Shown here in pieces: positions 52,382 through 64,000 of a stretch of 64,000 nucleotides of DNA. The stretch spans positions 1,677,892 to 1,741,891 of the forward strand of contig MU054049.1 of the NCBI GenBank assembly GCA_013239625.1. The letters run 5' to 3'. The position numbers were made by a program, and so were the translations under genes. The notes under the pieces were generated by a model. It was given only the letters and a program-made list of their open reading frames with translations, had not been told where the DNA came from and ran no database searches. Position 1 is the first letter of the stretch, and each line of letters opens with the position of its first letter. The stretch comes from Lama guanicoe (taxonomy: Eukaryota).

Positions 52382-55300
52382 AAAATCCATTGACTATTAA
52401 TGTGATGGTTTATTTTGGACTCTTGATTCTATTCCATTGGCCTGTATGTTTATCCTTATGACAGTAACCACATTCTTTTAATTACCGTAGCTTTTTGTAA
52501 GTTTTGAAATCCGCAAGTGTGATACTTTCAACTTTCTTCTTCCTCAAGATTGTTTTGGCTATTCTGAGTCCCTTGAAATTATCTATGAATTTTAGGATAA
52601 GTCTTTCCATTTCTGCAAAAAACACCACTGAGATTTTGGTAGGAATTGCAGTGAATCTGTATACTGCTTTGAGAAGTACTGTCAACTTAAAAATACTGTC
52701 TTTCAATCCATGCACATGGTATACTTTTCCGTTTACTTAGGTCTTCTTTCATTTCTTTCAGCAATTTTGGTAGTTTTCAGTGTATAAGATTTGCACCTCC
52801 TTGGTTAAGTCTGTTCATTTGTGTTTTCTTCTTTTAGATGCTATTGTAGTTGGAATTGTTTTATGAATTTCCTTTTCAGATTGTTCATTTCTAGTGTATA
52901 AAATTACAGCTGATTTTGTGTTGATTTTGTTTATTAGCTCAAACAGTGTTTTTGTGGACTCTAGGGTTTTCTAGATATAAGAGCATAGACATAGTTTTTA
53001 CTTCTTCCTTTCTAATTTGGATGCCATTTAAAATCTTTTTCTTGCTTAATTCCTCTTGTTGAATAGAAGTGCCAAAAGCAGGCACCCTTGTCTTGTTCCT
53101 GATTTTAGGGGAAAATCTTTCAGCCTTTCTCCATTATAAGTTAAGCTGTGGATGTTTCATACATGACCTTTATCGTGGTGAGGAAGATTTCCTTCTATTC
53201 CCATTTGGCTGAATGTGTTTATCATGAAAGCATGTTGGGTATCATCAAATGCTTTTTCTGAATAAATTGAGGTGATTGCTTTTGCTTCCTTCATTCTAGT
53301 AATGAGGTATATTACATCTACTGGTTTTCATGTGTTGGGCAACCCTTGCACTCCTGTGAAAAATCCCACTTGGTTTTGGTGTATAATCCTTTTACTATGC
53401 TACTGAATTCAGTTTGCTAATTTTTTGTGGAGGGTTTTGTGTCAGAATTCAAAAGGGCTGGTGGCCAATAGTCTTCTTTTCTTATAGTGTTTTTGTCTGG
53501 CTTTGGTATCAGGATAATGCTGGGCTCGTAGAATGAGTTTGAAAGTGGCCCCCTTCTCTTTAATTTTTGGAAGAGTTTGGGAAGGTTTGGTTTTAACTCT
53601 TCTTTAAATGTTTGGTAGAGTTAACCAGTAAACCATCTATCTGGTCCTGGGCTTTTTTTGTTGTTGGGAGGTTTTTGATCACTGATTCAATCTTCTTACT
53701 AGTTACTGAGCTTCTTGGAGGTGTATTTTCATGTCTTTTATCAAATTTGGGAAGTTTTCAACCATTATTCCTTTAAATATTCTTTCTGCCACTTCCTCTT
53801 TTGCCCTTCCGGGATTCCCAGCGTGTGTATGTTGGTGCATTTAATGGTGTCCCATGGGTTCCTTAGGCTCCATTCACTTTTCTTCATTCTTTGTTCTTTC
53901 TCTGCCTCAGACTTGCCAATTTCAATTGTCCTGTCTTCAAGTTCACTGATTTGTCCTTCTGCCTGCTCAAGTCTATTGCTGAACCCCTCTAGTGAATTTT
54001 TTCATTTCAGTTACTGTATTTTTCACTCCAGAATTTCTGTTTGGTTCCTTTTCAGAATTTCTCTCTTTACGGATATTCTCAATTTGTTCCCACATCATTT
54101 TCCTAGTTTCCTTTGGTTGTTTGTCTGTAGTTTCCTTTTCCTCTTTGAGCATATTTAAGGTAGCTGATTTTAAGTCTACTGTCTGGATTTCCTCAGAGAC
54201 AGTTTTTATCAACGTATTTTTTTCCTTTGAATGTCTGTTACTTTCCTATTTCTTTGTATGCTTTTTCATTCTTTTATTAAAGCTGGATATTCAAATATTA
54301 TAATGTGATAACTCTGGAAATCAGATTCTCCCCATTTCCCAAGATTTATGGTTCTTAATTGTTGAGGGCTTAGCTTGTGGTCAGCCAGAGTTTTAACAGA
54401 GATTCCCTTGAATGCCAGGAGCCTTAAAACAAAACAAAATAAAACAAACAAAAAAGCCTCTTTCATTCTGTATGTATTTGCTCTATGTTGAGGTATTCTT
54501 TTAATACTTAGCCAGGCTATTTGCAACTCTGCCTCAGCCTTTTCTTCTTGTTTTCTCTGAGCCTGTGAATCAGCCAGTGATGAAAGCTTAGGATCTTCTC
54601 AAGTCTTTTCTGAGCTTGCATCCTGCTCTGGGCATGCATCAGGGTTTCCAAATTCCCCAGTATACACAAGTGCTTTTAATGCCTCTAATTTCTCCAAAAA
54701 AAAAAAAAAAAGAAGGAGGAGGAGGAGAAGAAAAAAAAGAAGACTCTCTCTCCAGCTTTTCCTCCCAGGCTTTATGAGGTTTATTGTATATCTCAATAGT
54801 CTTTTGCCCAGAGAGCTACGCGATTTTCTTTTGCCCTACAATGTTTTTGAGCACTGCCCACGGCGTTTTCACCCTGTGTGAGTTCCAGGTTAGCTGAAAC
54901 AAAGACAAGCACCTTGTGTCAATCCTCTAGGCAGCCCGCAGACAGGTTAGGACATACAGACACAAGAATTTGCAAATAAGGTCTGTTCTGCTCCCTTTGG
55001 AAACAGAGTCCAGGGTCCTAGCCTGGGGAAAAGGGCTATCGTCAAGGCTGCTACCAAGCCAGGGAGGAGGTGGGGCAGGGCAAATAAAGATGCCACAAAG
55101 CTCTCTTACCATTTCAAAGTTGACTTTTTCTCAATTCAGCGCTCACTTGTTTGCCGCCTTTGACTGTTTTCCAGACTTCCAACAAAGTTGGTTCTGACAG
55201 TTGCTGGTTGTTTTTTCAACATTTCTGTGGAAGAATGAGAATTTGGAGCAGCCTACTCCACTATTTTGCTGATGTTTGCAGACATATTTAAATTATGTTT

Positions 55301-55544
55301 CTTACTGCTCCAACAGTCAGCATGGTCGTATGGAGTTCCTTAGACAATTTACATACCAAGAATTACATTAAAGTAGAATGCATAAATGAACATCTTGTTA
55401 TAATGTACAATTTACAAGTATGGGAGTGGTCAGGGACTCTCCAGCTAGTTTGTACACCAATCCTGTTGGCTCCCCTGGTCACCTCTCCCTGGTCACTGGT
55501 CTTCATTTTTGTTATTGTTGACAGAGAGTTTGGCATGAGCTGAG

Positions 55545-55790
55545 ATTAAGCACAAGGGCTCTGAAGTGCAACCAATCTGGTTTCGAAATGGTCTCCACCA
55601 TTTAGTAGCTGTGTGGCCAAAGTCAAGATCAAGTTTTTTTATCTTTCTGAGCCTCGGTCTACTTATTGGTAAAATGGAAGAGAATCACTACCTTGCTGAT
55701 GTGAGTCCAATGAGAAAATGCTTGTAGAGTCATGAACACCACCCTATGTGCACATAGTAAGTGATCAGCAAGCATTAGTTCTTATTATTC
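55545..55790 (+). mobile_element. MIR SINE
   Basis: TAGCTGTGTGGCC...TCTGAGCCTCGGT...GTAAAATGG...CACATAGTAAGTG core motifs. Confidence 0.7.
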
Positions 55791-55975
55791 TAGCAGGGGG
55801 ATGGGTCACTGTGAAGGGGAGGAGGGAACAGCTTAGGGCATGTTGGGAAGCAGCAAGTAGATGGGTCTGGCTGGAGGATGGTGTGCCTCTTCCACCCTTG
55901 ACAACAGGGAGCCAGCGAAGTTTCCTGAGCCAAGGAATGATGAGATCAAGGATGTACCTTAAGAGGCCAATTCTG

Positions 55976-56730
55976 TGTAGTTTGGTGCAGCCATTATGGA
56001 AAACAATATGGAGATTCCTCAAAAAACTAAAAATAGACTTACCATATGATCCAGCAATCCCACTCCTGGGCATATATCCAGAAGGAACTCTAATTTGAAA
56101 AGATACATGCACCCCAATGTTCGTAGCAGCACTATTTATAATAACTAAGACATGGAAACAAACTAAATGTCCGTTAACAGATGACTGGATAAAGAAATAG
56201 TGGTATATTTATACAATGGAGTACTACTCAGCCATTAAAAATGAAATAATGCCATTTGCAGCAACAAGAATGGACCTGGAGATTATCATTCTAAGTGAAG
56301 TAAACCAGAAAGAGGAAGACAAATACCATAGATCACTCACATGTGGAATCTAAAAAAGAAAAAAGAAGACACAAATGATCTTATTTACAAAAACAGAAAC
56401 AGACTCACAGACATAGAAAACAAACTTACGGTTACCAGGAGGAAAGGGAGTGGGAAGGGATAAATTGGGAGTTCAAGATTTGCAAATATTAACTATTATA
56501 TATAAAATAAATAAACAAGAAGCTTTTTCTGTATAGCACAGGGAACTATATTCAATATCTCATAGTAACCTATAATGAAAAAGAATATGAAAATGAATAT
56601 ATGTATGTATATATGAGTGAAACAGTATGCTGTACACCAGAAATTGACACATTGTAAATTGACTATACTTCAATAAAAAAAACAAAATAAAATAATTTTT
56701 TTAATTTTAGTATTTTTAAAAAAAATTTAA
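55976..56730 (+). mobile_element. 5'-truncated lineage-specific L1 (ORF2 C-terminus plus 3' UTR)
   Basis: [33 protein letters not shown]-rich tail; TSD aagaggccaatt(c/t)tg at 55961-55975 and 56731-56745; TT/AAGA endonuclease-type site. Confidence 0.92.
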
Positions 56731-56864
56731 AAGAGGCCAATTTTGAAGGAAGAGATCTGGGGAGAGGAAGTGGGAGAAAATGAATTATTAAGAAATATTA
56801 AGAGATTAGAAGTTATGTTCTGGAGTTTAAGAGAAGGACAAAGGCAGATTTGAAACAGAAGTAG

Positions 56865-57935
56865 TTATGACTTTAAATGACATCTATATGCTAATGACTC
56901 CCAAATTTATATCTCCAGTCAGGACCTCTTATTGTCATTGGGATGCTTAGTAAGCACCTCAGACAAACACGTCCAAAATTTCTCAACTGACCTCCTCATA
57001 CTCACCAGTTCCCCCTGTGTTCTTCCCAGCTCAGTTCAGAGCAGCTCCATTCTTCCAGTTACTCAAGCCAAAAATCTTGCAGGCATCTTTTTCTCCTCTC
57101 TTTCCTTCACATCCCCTATTTGGTCCTAGCAGCACATCCTGTGGCTCTATCTTCAAAGCATCCTGACAGAATTCAACCACATCTTATCTTCCCTACCACC
57201 AACCTCTGCCTCTTTGTCCAAGTTGCTGCCAATCATCTCCTGCCTGGATCACTGCCCTGGGCCCCTCACTGAGCAACCTGCACCACTTTGTCCCCTGCAG
57301 TCTGTGCTCAGCACCAAAGCCAGGTGATGCCATTAAACCTGAGTCAGAGCATGGCCCTTGCCTCCGAGATCATTCTGATTGCTTCTAGCTCAGTCAAAGT
57401 GGAAGCCAAACGCTTCCAGTGGCCTGCCAGGCTCCTAATGACCTCCCTCACCTCATTTCCTCCCATTGCTACTTTCCCTCTCCTCTCACTCACTCTGCTC
57501 CAGCCACACCAGCCTCCCCACTGACCTTGAACGCTCCTACCCCATTTTCACCTTGGGGCTTGGAAGTTGGTACACTTGGGATGCTCTTTCCCCGGATTCC
57601 TGCATGTTCTTCACTGTTCATTCTCTCAGCCTTCAGGTCTTCCTCAAAAGTCACCTTCATGGTCAGATCTTCCTTGAGTGTCCCCTTTCTTGGTGTCAAC
57701 ACTTCCCTGCGCCTCCCTCTTCCTTATCTCTCTTCCCTTCCCTTTTATTACTTCCTAGTGCTCATTAGTACCCAACATAACATATTTCACCTATTTCCCT
57801 AGTTACCTGTCTCTCCCACTGGGATGAATGCTTCAGGGGAGCAGGGCTACTTGTCTGTTCTGTTCTTTGCTGTGTCCCAGAGTCTGGAACTGTGCCTGGC
57901 ATATCTTAAGCATCAAAAAACATTAGTTAAAACGA
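56865..57935 (+). mobile_element. LINE-2 (L2a-like) 3' portion
   Basis: CATCTATATGCTAATGACTCCCAAATTTATATCTCCAG core through TGTGCCTGGCATAT 3' end. Confidence 0.85.
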
Positions 57936-60900
57936 ACCTACGTGGAGCTAAACGCTGGAACCACAGATGGTGAGGTTGTGAAGAAAGCAAGAAAAGTCAG
58001 AACCCAGCAGACCACAGGACATGGGCAGTGGTCCCTCTGAGGGGCACAAAGGTAGGAAAGAACATGGAGGCACCAGAGTCACATCAAGAGGGAAATGGCT
58101 AATGGTCGCCAAACTGTTAGCAGGAGTTTGTCTCTAGAAAAAGATGTATCCATGACTAATGAACAGAAAAAGAGTGTTCTCAAAGACTTGTGATGGGAGG
58201 GTAAGTTGGCACGATAACTTTGGAGAGCAACTTGGCAGTGTCTAAAAATTTAACCATATACTGTGGGATCCAGCTAATCCATTTCTCAATTTGATATATG
58301 TATAAAAACTCACACATGCACATGGAAGCATGCCCTTGAAGGTTCTCTGCATTCCTTGGTCATCGTGAACAATTGGAAACAACCAGAAAAAGGAATGGCT
58401 GGATAAATGGCAGTACATGTGACATACAACACAGCAGATCTATGTCTGCAGACAGAGCTGGGTCACCACAACACAGCGTTAAAGGAATAAGGCATAGTCC
58501 TGAATTTTATGTACACAGTGATCCCACTTCCACTGAAAAAGACAAAGGGAGGGGGAGGGGGAAGAACCATGGGTGATTTAAATGTCCTTTTCTATGAGGT
58601 TTATTTTTTTTAATCATCCTATAATCTAATAAGATTTCAGAGTTTTGTTTGTTTGTTTTTTACCAGCACAAATATTTTAGGAAGCAAGGAAGGAGATAGG
58701 TCAGAGGGTCCATTTGCTGAGACGGGATGGGGAGAACTGGGTGAGTTACCAAACATGCTAAGGGTTCTTCCTCTCTGAGAGCGGAGGTTCAGGACAGGGT
58801 GGGCTGGGCCTCCAGCTGCAGGAGGTAAAGGAGTGAATAGAGATGAGGAAACAAAGGGCCCAGGCAGCTCTTCCCACAGCAGGGGAGGGGAAGGAGTATT
58901 TTGAGAAGATCAAGGAGGGGATTTTTATGGTTAAAGGAGACTTGAGGATCGCAATGTCTCAGCAGGCGGTTGATTTTTAAAGTATATCCCCGAGTGATAA
59001 TTCATATAATACTGGCAGCCAACATTTTCTGAGCACCGGTGACAAACACCAGGGTGTTAACAGAAGCAAAGGAGGGAGCATCTGCTCCCGTGTCTCTGTC
59101 CAACATCCCCCTCCTCCACCCCCCTGCGACTTGAGACCCAACAATAACATCACACCAAGCACAGAGTGGTGCAATGCCAGGCCCTCATCTGTAAAATCTG
59201 CCTCTGAGTTCCGTGTCTTTTTAAAAAAAAAAAATCATAGCCCTTTATCATTTCCCGAAGCCCTGCTGGCTTTGGAAATACGCCTGATCGTTCCTGAACT
59301 TACCACGCCTTGAGCAATCTGAAAAGTTTCGTTCTTTCTTTATTATCCATGAATTATAATAGCTCAGCAAAAACGTCTCGACTCTGGCCTCAATACTGAT
59401 AAACTAAACCAACTCATGCTTAACCAAAAGTTCTAATTAATTTCCTCGCCATGGTTGCTCCTTGCCTGCTATACTTAAGCCTGCCAAACGACTCACTAAA
59501 AAGGAAGACTCCTAAGAATAGAACCCATCCTTATTGAGCTAAAATGCTCTATGTGACATCCTCCTGTCCCTTCCTAGGCATTAGCTGCACACGTTAGTGG
59601 TCACTGGCATTGCGTCTGTGCCCAGCAGAGGAGGGAGGGATGCCTGTCTGTTTGTCTTGACTTCCTAACCAACAGCACATAAATCATATGCAGACGGTGC
59701 ACAGTTCCGCCAGCGCTGAGAAGACGGAGGCTTTTCCACGTCCCTCCAGTTCACCCAGATCCCCCTTGAAGAATGAGGTGCCACTTCAAAGAGTCAGGCT
59801 TTCTGCGGGTGGCCTTACAGCTTCTGGTTGATTTATGCTGGAGTTTAGCCACTGCCTTTGCAAAGACTTTGTTGCATGGAGTATATTTATCTGACCTTTC
59901 TTTGAATAGACAACCCATAGCAGCTCATAGGAAAAAAAAAATGGGTCCTCTATGTAGAGAGGTGGCATTTGGACGAGCTGCAGGAATTCTGGTGCTTCTC
60001 CAGATTTGATCTCTTAAGCCTGCACTGGCCGTCCTACAGCTGGGCTCAACACATCCTGGACTGGTGAGAAGGTGACAGGTGTCCTGAGGGAGAACAGACG
60101 ATGTAGACTCCGAGGTGACATCGCTTTAAGAAGAAACAGATTCAGGTCACTCAGGGTCCAAAAGAGTTGTTGGAGGTGCCTAGCTCTGTTATGAGCCTGT
60201 TTATTCAAGGAGCTGTATCAACACGAAGCCCGGAGTGGAGGTGGCAGGGGGTAGGGGGATGGATTGTGGTCAGTGAAGGAGGCACGGGGCTTCATAAGGC
60301 AAAGTGAGAAACAGCATGCTGTGCTAAGAGGATTTCTTCCTGTGGGGCTTTGTTTGCTCAGATAACGAGGCAGAGTCCCATTATTCAGCAACTCCCTCTC
60401 CCCACCTCTCTAGGGTGGGTTATTCAGTGGAACAAACCCTATTCCTTAGGAACACTTTGCCAGGAAAGAGCGCTGCTGTTCTCATAAAACAAACCCCAAA
60501 CCCAGATGCTATGTGAGGCTCGGTTAGACAGGTCCTGCAGGGAAAGGGCCATGGCAGGCAGTGTGGTCCACACCTTCCCAGGGTCTCCTCCTGCAGAGCC
60601 CCTTACACTGTGGTCACAGGGACCAGCCTTGGACAGAAGCTGTACCCCTTTCTCTCCAGAACTCCCAGGCCTTAGCTTGTGTTGGATGTTATTAGGCTGG
60701 AGGTAGGCAGCACCTTGCCCCAGAGGTGGGATGTAAGATGAGCACGGAGAGCTGCTTTGCTTCGGATTTCTCCCGATTGAATTGAAGTACATGTCACAGG
60801 AGCATCTTCAGACCATGTAAAGTCAAGGTCATGGAGGTCAAATTGCCTCCTACCTATCAACTTACAGCTTTTCCCTCTCCAGCTGTTATACCTCCATTGT

Positions 60901-61827
60901 CCTGAGGGGGCGCTGCTGGGGGGGAGTGTATGATTCCCAGAAACCTCTGCCTATGGATAGACTGCCTTTATGCCTCTTAGACAATCCACTGGCCATTCCA
61001 AACCAGGTAGACTGCTTCATTTAAACAAGTCATTGGTCCAAACTGAGTGCCTTTCTCCAAAGATGTTTAAAACAAGACACTTAAATAGGATACAATAACA
61101 TAAATATGCCAAAGAAAAAGATGTGGGTGTTCTGGAGAGAGAGGCATTAGCTGATGCAAGGACAATTAGGGCCACCACTGGGTGGCCAAGGAGCGCTATC
61201 TTGTTAATGGAGATCCTCGCTGAGTTGCTTTCTGAAGTTCCTTTCCAGAAGTGAAATTAAAATCACGCAATTAAAATGTTCACAGTTGGGGCTGGATGTT
61301 CTTGAACTGATTGAAAGATGAAGAAGTGGACATGCCAACATTTTGAAGCAGCAATTGTCTCTGTAATTAAACACAATTAACTGACAAAGCTGTTTGCGTT
61401 TCTCCACGGAGGACTGATTGAAATGCTAAGACTTTAAAAAAACAAGCACCACCCCTCATCTGATTTCTCGTTCTGTCCTAACCAAAATTCTCACTGATGT
61501 GTGAAGACTACCAAAGGTGGAGATTTAGCTCACCAACCCTAACACCAGTGTTATAGGCTGAACACCTCAAGAAACTTGGGCAGAAACATATTGGAGAAAA
61601 TAGAGCTTCAGACTGTTCCATACACATCATTTCTCCTAAACCCATCTACTCTCATATTTCCACAATAGAGAATAAATCTAACAATTTTCCTGTAGCTGAT
61701 CCCTAGGGAAGGAGCACACTGAATGTAAGTAATAACCAAAATGCAAATTCTAAAGGTGAGAATAGTCAGTCCAGTAGCTTAAAAAATTTTTTTCTGATTA
61801 TTATAGAAAATCTGGCACATGTTAAGA

Positions 61828-62236
61828 TTTTTTTTAATTTTGTATGATTTTTAAAGGTTACCTTCCATTTACAATTATTACAAAACATTGGGTATATCCC
61901 CTGTGCTGTACAATACATCTTTGAGCCTCTTACACCTAATAGTTTGTACCTCTCACTCCCTCACATCTACATTCCCCCCAAACTGGACCATCAATTTGTT
62001 CTCTGTATCTGTGAGTCTGCTTCTTTTTTGCTATATTCACTAGCCTGTTGTATTTTTTAGATTCCACATATAAGTGATATTATACAGTATTTGTCTTTCT
62101 CTGGTTTATTTCACTTAGCATAATATCCTCCAAGTCCATCCATGTTGATGCAAATGGCATAATTTTGCTCTTTTCCATGGCTAAGTAATATTCCACTGTA
62201 TGTATATGTGTGTGTATATACATATATATATTATAT
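61828..62236 (-). mobile_element. 5'-truncated L1 3' end (cetartiodactyl-type) with internal TA/TG microsatellite
   Basis: TTTTAGATTCCACATATAAGTGAT...TATTTCACTTAGCATAAT...CATCCATGTTG L1 3' motifs. Confidence 0.82.
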
Positions 62237-63055
62237 GTATATACACCACATCTTCTAAAAGAATTTTGTTTCTCTTAATCTCACTACAGAGAGATACCCA
62301 CTAAGTATTTTCTTTTTTCCTATTACATACACTTAATTAATATTGAATACATATTTTAATATATATTATATATGTACCCTGAATTTTTGCTTATATTACA
62401 AATATTTTTTCTTGCTATTAAAAAGCTCATGAGCACTTTTTGAAATGTCCAAATAAAATCTCATCATGTGGGTTTGCCACCACTTATTGGACCATCCTCA
62501 TTATTGGGCACGTAAGTTATTCATTATATCTTCCTGTTATAATACTACAGAAAGGAACATCTTGCTGCAAGTCTTTCTGTATTTCTGATTTTTTTCCTTA
62601 GGGAGCTTTTGTATAAGTGCAATTTCCCGGGCCAGAGATTAGAATCATTTTTTTCATTCTAATTTTTGTGAGGCATTTGAGGTTTTTGACATATACTTCC
62701 AAATTGCCCTCCAGAGTAAGAATTTACTTAATTCCCTGTATCTCCTCCAACACTGATTATCATCTATATAATAAGAAAGGCTCAAAAACATTTCCTAGAG
62801 AAGGCTTATATTGTCACCGATCATATGGCTCTGGGGCAAATCACAACCAAAACCTGAATTACTTAGGTCTCTGGCTGTGATTCCTGGCAAAGGGGAGGGC
62901 ACACTGGGGCCAGCACCAGGTGGGTGCCCCCCAGGGCTGTTGAGTTAGAGCCATGAGCAGCTGGAAAGCAGACCAGCAGCTGTTATCCATGAGCACGTCT
63001 GGATATCAGGTATCTCTATCCCCATGGCACCCGCATCCTCCTCCATCTTTTCCAG

Positions 63056-63175
63056 CTGTGTTGGCCAAAGATGGACACAGTGTCATCCTAGAGAAGATAG
63101 AAGACTGGAATGTGGTGGAGCTCATGGTGAATGGAGAAGTTGTCTTCCACTGCAACATCAAAGACCTGGAATTTG
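63056..63175 (+). CDS. C10orf53: C10orf53 orthologue second coding exon (120 nt); last exon lies beyond the window
   Basis: ttttccag|CT...TTTG|gtaagt; (A)VLAKDGHSVILEKIEDWNVVELMVNGEVVFHCNIKDLEF(G); phase 1 matches exon 1. Confidence 0.93.
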
Positions 63176-63484
63176 GTAAGTCCTCCCAACCAGCACTGTG
63201 CCTTCTCTGAGCCACCTTGATTTCTAGTTGAAGAGGTTGATGTGTCCTACCCAGACTGCAACTGGGTTGCCTTCTGAGTTTTAAATTCTTACTCAAAGCC
63301 CCATGCTCTGTGGCACATGAGTGGGTGCATCCTAAACCATACGTAGACAAGTGCCTGATGCTCTGGGCTTCTTTCCAGAGCCCTGGAAGCAGAAGAGGGA
63401 TGGAATGAAAATGAAGCTTTAGCTCTAGACTTCAGATGGGGTGATGCAAACTTAGGGAGAATTGGTTGTTTTTGTTTTTTAATT

Positions 63485-63612
63485 TAATTTTTAAATTTTA
63501 TATTAGGGGTAGGTAATTAGGTTTGTTCATTTACTTATTTTAATCCTGGGGATTGAACCCAGGACCTCATGCATGCTAAGCACACACTTTACCACTGAGC
63601 TATACCCTCCTC
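63485..63612 (-). mobile_element. tRNA-derived SINE, long form
   Basis: GGTAATTAGGTTTG...GGGGATTGAACCCAGGACCTCATGCATGCTAAGCAC...ACCACTGAGCTATACCCTCC. Confidence 0.88.
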
Positions 63613-64000
63613 TGCCTGTTTTTAATTTTAATAATGTATTTTATTATTATTTGCCTCCTAGGTGGTTTTTGTTCCCTTTGATTATTCCATCTAGAGTGGC
63701 CAAGACTTAGAATCAATATGCCGGCCGTGCACAGCATCATCAGCTACATTCTAAGGATTTCTTTGCCCCCAGACCTTCTGGCTTGGCAGGCTGGCAGTGT
63801 GCATGCCTCGCTCTGCTCAAAAGTAAAAGGTTTCCCAATTCACTGATACTCTATTAAAGGCTAGTTAACAATTTACACTCCTGAGACCTTTGAAAATGCT
63901 CTCCTGGTAGAAGCCATAGGCATGTCTTATATGATATGACATTGGATATAAAGCTGGCCGAAAGAAAATTATATCTCTTTCCCTAGGAAGTGATGGTAAA

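Larger units (their letters stand above)
50665..55285 (-). mobile_element. Decayed L1 (L1MA/MB-like) with internal deletion, hosting a SINE and a younger L1
   Basis: ORF2 C-terminal remnants (51123-51308 MFIAALFTV..., 52482-52715 YRFTAIPTKI), ORF1 remnant 53973-54212, 5' UTR-like end near 55280. Confidence 0.85.

Noticed and set aside
55748..56098. ORF ending in an L1 ORF2 C-terminal peptide
   Set aside because: Chance fusion of MIR/L2 sequence to a truncated L1; not a host gene
57309..57324. TCAGCACC...AGCCAG, RE1/NRSE-like
   Set aside because: Right half-site matches GGACAG poorly and lies in an L2; the known cholinergic-locus RE1 is 5' of the gene, outside this window

Overview
Mammalian genomic DNA with two + strand genes in tandem. 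The first is the 3' ten coding exons of choline O-acetyltransferase (CHAT; exons 6-15 in human numbering as I recall it). They span 1266-40745, total 1,495 coding nt, have GT-AG introns with a continuous frame, and include the catalytic EHSPFDG motif; a ~2.7 kb 3' UTR probably ends near 43,420. The second is coding exons 1-2 of C10orf53 (UPF0728 protein), with an RFX X-box/GT-box promoter. The ChAT protein is pig-like, and seven tRNA-derived SINEs plus young L1 3' ends resemble camelid repeats, so the source is probably a camelid (inference). The rest is mostly old repeats (L1M, L2, MIR, MaLR). Nearly all ORF-track entries are spurious or decayed L1 fragments. I see no evidence of a wholly new biological system. 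The best second-look items are an exact Isl1-Lhx3 hexamer motif in a CHAT intron, further candidate neuronal enhancers, two TSD-flanked micro-retroinsertions, an unusually long 31-bp TSD, an inverted young-L1 pair in C10orf53 intron 1, and lineage-specific ChAT substitutions. Repeat subfamily names and orthologue comparisons are from memory, not from searches.
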